Shown here: positions 1-8,500 of the stretch, one piece after another
Position numbering within the stretch: position 1 is the first letter of the stretch
Layout of the letters: each line of letters begins with the position of its first letter
NCBI GenBank assembly: GCA_016432245.1
Contig: CP066680.1
Location: 174,303 to 238,302 of the forward strand
DNA: 64,000 nt
Direction: 5' to 3'
Origin: Deltaproteobacteria bacterium
GTDB lineage: Bacteria > Myxococcota > UBA727 > JABDBI01
Notes under the pieces: generated by a model
Seen by the model: only the letters and a program-made list of their open reading frames with translations
What the model was told of the DNA's origin: nothing
Databases searched by the model: none
Made by a program: the position numbers and the translations under genes

Positions 1-1
1 A

Positions 2-937
2 GATCCCTCTGGAAAAAAAACTTCAAGATCCACTCTTTCGTTTACACAAACAAGCGAAAACGCAAAAACATATCTTCAACAAATATTTAAGATACTAGAC
101 CCTGCCAAAACAAAAATCAAATATAACTCCAAATGGCTAAAAAACATCAGATTATCCGACATACTAAATATATGTGGGAAATACCCTTTGAATAGAATAC
201 TAGAACGAAGAGACTTTCATCTAAGGATTTCAAACAATCGACAAATATATACAAATGAAATTCTATATCCTCTATTGCAGGCATACGACTCTGTAGTCCT
301 AAAACCAAACATTGAAATTGGCGGAGAGGATCAACTCTTAAATTTACTAATGGCAAAAGACCTAATGAAAAAGTTTAATCTTCCCCCTCAAAATATATTA
401 ACCTATCCCCTGCTTCTTGGTATAGATGGAAAAAATAAAATGTCAAAATCACTAAACAATTTTATTGGCATATCAGAGTCATCAACCAATCAATTTGGAA
501 AAACCATGAGCATTCCTGATGAACTAATGTGGCACTACTTAAAAAATCTTAAAATTCCTTCCCCAAAAACATCTGAACTACTAAAAATGCATCCAAAAGA
601 AATAAAACAAACTCTTGCTTTTGAAATTGTCACAATTTTTCATGGACGTTCAGAAGCCCAAAAATCATTAAAGTCCTTTTTAGAAACGCTTAATGCAAAA
701 AACAAAAAAAACCCTCCTGAAAATGTAGAACGAATAAAGCTACCATCTTCGTCAATCGCAACCATTATTGAACTTTGCAGTCTAGCATCTTCAAAAACAA
801 AAGCTAAACGTCTTATTGCTCAAGGCGCAGTACACCTTGATGGATGCAAAATTTCAGATCACACATTCAAAGTAGAAAAAGGAATTTACACTCTAAAAGT
901 CGGTGCACTTAATTGGAAAAGAGTTGAAATACTATAA
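2..937 (+). CDS. tyrS: Tyrosyl-tRNA synthetase, 3' portion (5' end outside the window)
   Basis: The frame is open from the window edge (nt 2: DPSGKKTSRSTLSFTQTSENAKTYLQQIFKILDPAKTKIKYNSKWL...), so the tracked ORF at 188 begins at an internal TTG. Class-I KMSKS loop (GKNKMSKSLNNFIGI), LYPLLQAYDS and GGEDQ blocks, C-terminal S4-like region (AKRLIAQGAVHLDG). Confidence 0.9.
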   Translation, partial: DPSGKKTSRSTLSFTQTSENAKTYLQQIFKILDPAKTKIKYNSKWLKNIRLSDILNICGKYPLNRILERRDFHLRISNNRQIYTNEILYPLLQAYDSVVLKPNIEIGGEDQLLNLLMAKDLMKKFNLPPQNILTYPLLLGIDGKNKMSKSLNNFIGISESSTNQFGKTMSIPDELMWHYLKNLKIPSPKTSELLKMHPKEIKQTLAFEIVTIFHGRSEAQKSLKSFLETLNAKNKKNPPENVERIKLPSSSIATIIELCSLASSKTKAKRLIAQGAVHLDGCKISDHTFKVEKGIYTLKVGALNWKRVEIL

Positions 938-943
938 CTCATA

Positions 944-1237
944 CTATATGTAAGGATCTTTGATGATCATTATTATGTATGACGTAATCAATGTAATACA
1001 AATTATTAGCCAAATTAATCGTATCCACTGCATAGTGGGACTACCCCAGTCTCCCAGGCTATCATATTGTACTCTCCCCATTTCCTTATACAATAGTTGT
1101 CTTGCCTTCTCTATTTCTTTTTCCTCATTACTTTTTAATTTATTTTTCTTATTTAAAATTTCTTGTTGCTTACGATCGGTTAAAGATTTTAGGCTTTCCT
1201 TATCCGATTGTCTGTTTGGTTCTCTATTATCCCTCAT
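944..1237 (-). CDS. Hypothetical small tail-anchored protein (97 aa), tightly coupled to rpoC
   Basis: The ATG at 1237 lies 1 nt after the rpoC TGA (1241..1239). Lys/Glu-rich N-terminal two thirds, then a single C-terminal hydrophobic helix (WIRLIWLIICITLITSYIIMII). No family recognised. The overlapping + strand ORF 960..1280 looks like its Phe/Leu/Ser-rich antisense shadow. Confidence 0.4.
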   Translation of the reverse strand: MRDNREPNRQSDKESLKSLTDRKQQEILNKKNKLKSNEEKEIEKARQLLYKEMGRVQYDSLGDWGSPTMQWIRLIWLIICITLITSYIIMIIKDPYI

Positions 1238-1238
1238 C

Positions 1239-4200
1239 TCATTCGTCTCCTCTTACCTTATTATGACCTTCTTTTTTTAAATCGTCAACCCCTTTTTCTT
1301 CAAATATTATTTTTTCCACACTCCTATCTTGTTCCTCGTACACCTCAGCATGCCCTTGCTGATAACCTGAAAAACCAGTACCAACTGGAATTAATTTCCC
1401 TACGATTACATTCTCTTTAATCCCTTTCAGATAATCGATTTTCGCCAACATGGCCGCATCTGTTAAAACTCGTGTAGTCTCTTGAAAAGAAGCTCCTGAT
1501 ATAAATGAATCAGATGCCAATGCTGCCTTTGTAATCCCAAGCAAGACAGCCTCACATTTTGCCGGTGTTCCTCCCTCGGAAATAATCATCGCATTTTCCA
1601 TTTCCAGAAAACGCCTATCAACAATGCTTCCTAGAATAAAACGCGAATCCCCTACCGCTGTAATTTGCACTTTTCGAATCATCTGCCTAATTATAACTTC
1701 AACATGTTTATCATCAATTCTAACTCCCTGAGACCTATATACCTCCTGAACCCCATCTAAAAGATAGTTAATAATTGCATCTATACCATATATAGCTAAA
1801 ATATCCATTGGGCTTGGATGCCCATCCGTTAAAGAATCTCCCTTCATTACTACATCGCCATCGCTCTTATCTCCTCCAACGCTAGTCGTTAAATCATAAG
1901 CTATAGTCTTTCCTCCCTCTGATTCAACATTTGCAACAATCTTACCCTTTGTGTCTACACCATATTTAATAATTCCACTACACCTAACTAGTGTTGCACT
2001 ATTTTTTGGAGCTCTAGCTTCTAATAGCTCGACAATTTTAGGAAGTCCCCCCAAATCATTTTCATCCTCTGCTACACCATTCGGTACCTTCACCAAAATC
2101 TTTCCAGGAGTAACTCTTTCTCCATCATGGATTAACACATAGGCTCCCATAGGAATAGTATATCGACATATCTCTGTCGTAGAATCTCCTAAGACTTCAT
2201 CAATTGCCATCTCTGGCGCAATCCCTCCTATATCCTTCTCTAAGATATGTCTAATTACTCCCCCCGCCCTCTCATCAACTCTTTCAATAATATTAATCCC
2301 ATAACGCAATCCACAAAATCTTACAAAGCCATAATTCATACTCAAAATGGGGGTCGTTTCTAAATCTAATTCAAGCAATGTCTCCCCTGGAGATACAGAA
2401 GAACCTTCTTTCATCTTAATCAAGCTTCCATATGGTGCAATACATGTTTCAATTTCAGACCCAACATCATCATATACGCCAATGAATCCATTATGACTAA
2501 CTACACGATAGCCTCCCTCTGCTTCAATTGCGTCCACTCTATTGTAAGATAAAAACCCTCCCTTTTCAACTATATAAGGCTTTGCCTCTGAAATAACAAT
2601 ATTCGCAATACCCCCAATATGAAAGGTGCGCATTGTCAATTGCGTACCTGGTTCGCCAATGGATTGCGCTGCCAAAATTCCAATCGCCTCTCCCATTGCT
2701 ATAATTTTCCCCTTTGACAGATCCCACCCATAACACATTGCACATACTCCATGTAAATTACGACAAGTAATCGGCGAGCGAACGCATACAGATTCAATAC
2801 CTGCTTCGAGTATCTCATCTATTTGCTTATCTAAAAACTCAGTTCCCGATGGCATCATAACCTCTTGCTCTAAAGGATGTATTATATCCACTGCTGCAAA
2901 TCTTCCAAGAATTTGCTCCCTTAACGTGCGAACAACTTCTCCTTTTTCTACAATCGCTTCCTTTACAAGACCTTCAGAAGTACCACAATCAAATTCAACT
3001 ATTATACAATCCTGAGACACATCGACTAATCTTCGAGTTAAATATCCAGCATTAGCTGTTCTCAAGGCGGTATCTGCCAATCCTTTTCGAGCCCCATGCG
3101 AAGATATAAAGTACTGTAATAAATCTAATCCCTCTCTAAAATTTGCAACAACAGGTGTTTCAATAACTTCACCCGTTGCCTTTGTCATCAACCCACGCAT
3201 CCCAGCTAATTGCTTCAACTGCTGAGTTGATCCCCTCGCTCCCGAATCTGCCATAATAAACATTGGATTAAATGACGATGTAACATCAGATTCTAATCCA
3301 TTTAATGAAAATACTCTTTCCGTAGCAATGTCCTTCATCATTTCCTTCGCGACGACATCTGCCGTTACCTTCCATATATTAGAGACCCTCACCCTTCTCT
3401 CCTCTTCTGTTATTAACCCTTCTCTAAAGTATAAATCAAGAAAGTTAGTTTCTCTTTGTGCCTGTTCTATTATAACATCTTTTCTTTTTGGAATTTTCAT
3501 ATCAGCTATTGAAATTGATAACCCTGAACGCGTTGCTTCTACAAATCCCAAATCCTTAATCCTGTCGACAAACTCTGCAGTGACATCTTGCCCATTCGCC
3601 CGATAACAAAAATCAATCAACTCTGACAATTTTTTTTTGCTCATATTTTGATTAATCAATTCAAATGGAATATTTTGTGGCAAGATTTCTGATAATAAAA
3701 CACGCCCAATCGTTGTTGAATACATTTTTCCATTTATTCGAATTAAGACACGGCTATGTATGTCAACTTCTCCCGCATCATATGCTGATCTAGCCTCTGC
3801 TATATTTGAAAAAATCATCCCTGCCCCTTCCATGCATGCCCTATCTGCTGTCATATAGTAACAGCCAAGCACCATATCCTGCGACGGTACAACTATAGGT
3901 TTTCCAGAGGCTGGTGAAATTAAGTTATTAGAGCTCAGCATTAAAACACGAGACTCCAATTGTGCTTCTATAGACAAAGGAATATGAACAGCCATCTGAT
4001 CACCATCAAAATCTGCATTAAACGCTGTACAGACAAGTGGATGCAATTGAATTGCCTTTCCCTCTATTAGAATAGGTTCAAATGATTGAATGCCCATTCG
4101 ATGCAGTGTAGGTGCTCTATTTAACATTATTGGATGTTCTTGAACAATCTCCGATAAAACCTCCCAGACTTCACTTCCTGCTTGCTCTACGATTCTTTTA

Positions 4201-5513
4201 GCTGATTTTATAGAAGTAACAATCCCTCTCTGTTCCAATCTATTATAAATAAATGGCTTAAATAATTCCAACGCCATTGTTCTTGGCAACCCACATTGAT
4301 GCAATTTTAACTCAGGGCCAACAACAATTACTGTCCTTCCAGAATAGTCAACTCGCTTTCCTAATAAGTTCAACCTAAATCTCCCATACTTCCCTCTCAA
4401 CATATCGCTTAAGCTTTTTAAAGGCCTCTTGCTATTACTCACAACAGCCTTGCCCCTTCTTCCGTTATCGAACAATGCATCAACAGACTCCTGTAACATT
4501 CTTTTTTCGTTTCTAATTATAACCTCAGGCGCTTTTAATTGCTGAAGTCGTTTTAATCGATTATTTCTATTTATAACCCTACGATATAAATCGTTCAAAT
4601 CAGAAGATGCAAATCGCCCTCCTTCGAGTGGGACTAAAGGCCTCAACTCTGGAGGAATAACAGGCAAAACATCTAACAACATTGACTCTGCCTTATTAGG
4701 AGATCGAAAAAACTCTTCTAAAACTTTTAATTTTCTGTCCATTTTCTTCTTCTTAACACTTCCACCTTCTCCAATCGCTATACTTCTTTTAACTTCTTCA
4801 ATTATTTTCCGAATTCCATCTCTGTGCTCTCCCGAGTCCACTTGCCTTAATACCTCGCGTATCCCCTCTCCCCCCATTCCAACCAACAGACTATCTTCCC
4901 CGTATGCACTTAAAGCATTTTGATATTCTTCCTCTGTCATTACTGTACCTATCTTAAATGGTGTGGTACCAGAGTCAACCACTATAAAACTCTCATAATA
5001 TAAAACTTTTTCTAACTCTCTTTGACTTAAATCCAGTAAAAGAGCGATCCGACATGGAAGGCTTTTTAAATACCATACATGTGCTACCGGTGTAGCTAAA
5101 ACAATATGCCCCATTCTAGATCTCCGTACGGAAGACTGTATAACCTCAACACCGCACCTTTCACACACAACTCCTCGATGCTTCATTCGTTTATATTTCC
5201 CGCATAAACATTCAAAGTCTTTAATCGGTCCGAAAATTTTAGCGCAAAATAATCCATCTCTTTCTGGCTTCAATGTGCGATAATTTATAGTTTCTGGCTT
5301 CTTAACTTCACCATAAGACCACTCCCGTATCCTCTCTGAACTTGCTAATTGAATCTTTATTGACTCAAATTCTGACACTCCGCGCTTTAATTCTATTTTT
5401 CTCTTTTCAATTAATCCTTCCTCCAATTGCTTTAACAACTCAGGCGAGATATTTAAATACCTCTTATCTTTATTTCTTTCTTCTGTGCTTACTTTTCCAT
5501 TGATTTTGTTCAT
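1239..5513 (-). CDS. rpoC: DNA-directed RNA polymerase subunit beta-prime
   Basis: NADFDGDQMAVH catalytic motif, N-terminal Zn ribbon (CLCGKYKRMKHRGVVCERCGVEV), and an SI3-like insertion in the trigger-loop region. Start placed at ATG 5513 (MNKINGK...): AAGGAG lies 9 nt upstream and 20 nt after the rpoB TAA. The tracked start at 5555 would overlap rpoB. About 45 extra N-terminal residues relative to E. coli. Confidence 0.95.
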   Translation of the reverse strand: MNKINGKVSTEERNKDKRYLNISPELLKQLEEGLIEKRKIELKRGVSEFESIKIQLASSERIREWSYGEVKKPETINYRTLKPERDGLFCAKIFGPIKDFECLCGKYKRMKHRGVVCERCGVEVIQSSVRRSRMGHIVLATPVAHVWYLKSLPCRIALLLDLSQRELEKVLYYESFIVVDSGTTPFKIGTVMTEEEYQNALSAYGEDSLLVGMGGEGIREVLRQVDSGEHRDGIRKIIEEVKRSIAIGEGGSVKKKKMDRKLKVLEEFFRSPNKAESMLLDVLPVIPPELRPLVPLEGGRFASSDLNDLYRRVINRNNRLKRLQQLKAPEVIIRNEKRMLQESVDALFDNGRRGKAVVSNSKRPLKSLSDMLRGKYGRFRLNLLGKRVDYSGRTVIVVGPELKLHQCGLPRTMALELFKPFIYNRLEQRGIVTSIKSAKRIVEQAGSEVWEVLSEIVQEHPIMLNRAPTLHRMGIQSFEPILIEGKAIQLHPLVCTAFNADFDGDQMAVHIPLSIEAQLESRVLMLSSNNLISPASGKPIVVPSQDMVLGCYYMTADRACMEGAGMIFSNIAEARSAYDAGEVDIHSRVLIRINGKMYSTTIGRVLLSEILPQNIPFELINQNMSKKKLSELIDFCYRANGQDVTAEFVDRIKDLGFVEATRSGLSISIADMKIPKRKDVIIEQAQRETNFLDLYFREGLITEEERRVRVSNIWKVTADVVAKEMMKDIATERVFSLNGLESDVTSSFNPMFIMADSGARGSTQQLKQLAGMRGLMTKATGEVIETPVVANFREGLDLLQYFISSHGARKGLADTALRTANAGYLTRRLVDVSQDCIIVEFDCGTSEGLVKEAIVEKGEVVRTLREQILGRFAAVDIIHPLEQEVMMPSGTEFLDKQIDEILEAGIESVCVRSPITCRNLHGVCAMCYGWDLSKGKIIAMGEAIGILAAQSIGEPGTQLTMRTFHIGGIANIVISEAKPYIVEKGGFLSYNRVDAIEAEGGYRVVSHNGFIGVYDDVGSEIETCIAPYGSLIKMKEGSSVSPGETLLELDLETTPILSMNYGFVRFCGLRYGINIIERVDERAGGVIRHILEKDIGGIAPEMAIDEVLGDSTTEICRYTIPMGAYVLIHDGERVTPGKILVKVPNGVAEDENDLGGLPKIVELLEARAPKNSATLVRCSGIIKYGVDTKGKIVANVESEGGKTIAYDLTTSVGGDKSDGDVVMKGDSLTDGHPSPMDILAIYGIDAIINYLLDGVQEVYRSQGVRIDDKHVEVIIRQMIRKVQITAVGDSRFILGSIVDRRFLEMENAMIISEGGTPAKCEAVLLGITKAALASDSFISGASFQETTRVLTDAAMLAKIDYLKGIKENVIVGKLIPVGTGFSGYQQGHAEVYEEQDRSVEKIIFEEKGVDDLKKEGHNKVRGDE

Positions 5514-5533
5514 AGCCACTTTCTCCTTACAAA

Positions 5534-8500
5534 TTACTCGACATCTTCTTCCCATTCTTCTACGGTCTCTTTCTCTCCATTTTCCGCATCGCCTTCCTCG
5601 TCTTCCTCGTCTTCTCCAATTTCCTCATCCTCCTCAATTACTTCTTTAGAATGACTGTCTCCATCTATCTTACCCCTCTCTATATCACTTTCAAATTTAT
5701 TTTCAAGATTAGATAAAAATACTTGAGAACGATCCACCTTTTTCTCAGTTAATACAATATCTCCTTTTGAATCAAAAAGCTGAATATCCAATGCAAGACT
5801 TTGCAATTCTTTTACTAGGACATTAAAAGATTCTGGCACACCTGCATCGATTACTTGATCCCCTTTAATAATTGACTCGTATACCAATCCACGACCCTTA
5901 ATATCATCAGACTTTACAGTTAAAAACTCCTGCAATGAAAAAGCAGCTCCATATGCTTCCATTGCCCATACTTCCATTTCTCCTAGTCTTTGTCCTCCAA
6001 AATGAGACTTTCCTCCTAATGGCTGTTGCGTAACCAATGAGTACGGACCCGTAGATCGCGCATGTATCTTATCATCAACTAAATGATATAACTTCAACAT
6101 ATACATTATACCAACCGTTATATCTCGATCAAATGCCTCTCCTGTACGGCCATCAAATAATATTGATTGTCCTGTAGTATTTTCTTCAGCTTTAATCAGT
6201 AAATCTCTAATATCTGCTTCATTAGCGCCTCCAAACACTGAAGTAGCCATTGGAATTCCTGCTATTAATTTAGAAGCAAATTCCTCAAATTTCTTATCTG
6301 GTAAAGAATTTAAAACTACTTCCATATCTTCATTTTGATATATAGAATTCACTAATAATCGAGCATCTGTTAAATCGCCACTATTGTTATATTCATGCAA
6401 CAAGCATTCAATCTTTTTTCCTAATTCTTTTGCTGCCCATCCTAAATGAATCTCAAGGACTTGCCCAACATTCATTCTACTTGGAACCCCCAACGGATTC
6501 AATACAACATCTATAGGTGTACCATCCGACAAGTATGGCATATCTTCCTCTGGAACAATCTTCGAAATAACACCTTTATTTCCATGTCGTCCCGACATCT
6601 TATCTCCTGGCTGCAATTCACGCTTAATAGCAATATTGACCCTTATAGTTTTTAATATGCCAGGCGGCAAGTCGCAACCCTCTTTCATCTTTAAAACTTT
6701 ACTCAAATAAAGAGAATTTACTGTATGAATTTTTTCTTGAACCTCTCTTTTTATTTCGAATAAACTTCCTTGCACGCTATGGTTTTGCACAATGATATTA
6801 TTGAAATCTTCCCATGAAATTTTTTGTAAAATACGCACATTTAAACACGTCCCCTTTTTTAATAACACTTTTCCTTCTACGCTCAACAAGTCTCTCGCTA
6901 AAAACTGATCTTTTAAAAGATTTATTCCTTCATTTAATAAATTTTTTTTCAAAACGGAAATTTCTTCATTTCTTATATCGTTCAAGTCTTCTTCGATCTT
7001 CTGTTCCCACCTTAAAGTCGAAGAATCTTTTTCAGAAACCCTTCGGTTAAACATGGAAACTGAAATAACAGTGCCCATTAACCCCTTTGGCATTCTTAAA
7101 CTAGTATTTTTAACTTCACTTACCTTTTCTCCAAAAACTGCCTTTAATAATCTCTCCTCTGGAGATATTTGAGTCTCTCCTTTTGGGGAAACTCTTCCAA
7201 CTAAAATATCTCCTCCTTTTACAACGGCCCCTATTTTTACAATGCCAAATTCATCTAGATTTCTTAATTCTTCTTCCGTGACATGAGGAATGTCCTTTGT
7301 TATCTCTTCTGCGCCAATATTTGTATCCTTAGCTGAGCACTCAAATTCCTCAATATGAATTGACGTAAAAACATCATCCTTAATAAGTCTTTCGCTAATT
7401 AAAATCGAATCTTCAAAATTATATCCATACCAAGTCATAAAGGCTATTGACACATTCTTCCCCAAGGCCATTTCACCATTGGAGATACCTGGGCCATCCG
7501 CCAATACATCTCCTTTTCTTATCTGATCCCCAATATTGACAATCGCTCTTTGATTAAAACACGTATTCTGATTAGTCCTCCTATATTTTTCTAATCTATA
7601 AACATCTACTACTGGAAACAAATCACTATTGCCTTCTAAATTATTTGTCCTAATAACTATCTTAGACGAATCAACATAATCAACTATTCCATCCTGCAAG
7701 GCTATGCAACATGCCCCTGAGTCTTTTGCAACAATGTCTTCTATTCCCGTTCCAATCAAAGGAGCTTCAGGCCTCATTAACGGAACAGCTTGTCTTTGCA
7801 TGTTAGATCCCATCAATGCTCTGTTTGCATCATCATGTGCCAAAAAAGGGATTAGGCCTGCTGCAACTGAAATTACCTGATTAGGATCTACATCTATTAA
7901 TTCAATTTCTTCTGGATCTGTATATGTAATATATTCTTCATATCGAGCTCTTACTTCCTGCGTAAATTGACCCGTCTGTGCATCATATTTCGCATCTGCA
8001 GGCGCTATAAATCGATAATTTGACTCTTCTAATGCAGTCAAATATTTTATTGTAGATGTAACTCGACCCTCTACCACTAGCTTGTATGGTGCTTCTATCA
8101 AACCTTGCTCATTTACAATGGCATACATAGCTAATGAAGATACCAATCCAATATTTTGTCCTTCGGGGGTTTCAATTGGACACAGCCTTCCATAATGAGT
8201 ATAATGCACATCTCGTACATCAAAGCCTGCTCTTTCTCTATTTAAACCACCTGGTCCCAATGCCGATATTCTTCTTTTATGTGTCACCTCTGACAATGGA
8301 TTAGTTTGATCCATAAATTGAGATAATGGAGAAGTTGTAAAGAATTCTCGAATACAACTAATAACAGGTCTTATATTAATAACGTCATCCGGCATCAATG
8401 GATCTACATCTAGATGGCTTAGCTTTTCCCTCGTTTGTCTTTCCATTCTAGTTAAACCTAAACGATATTGGCTTTCAAGTAAGTCACCTACTCCCTTTAA

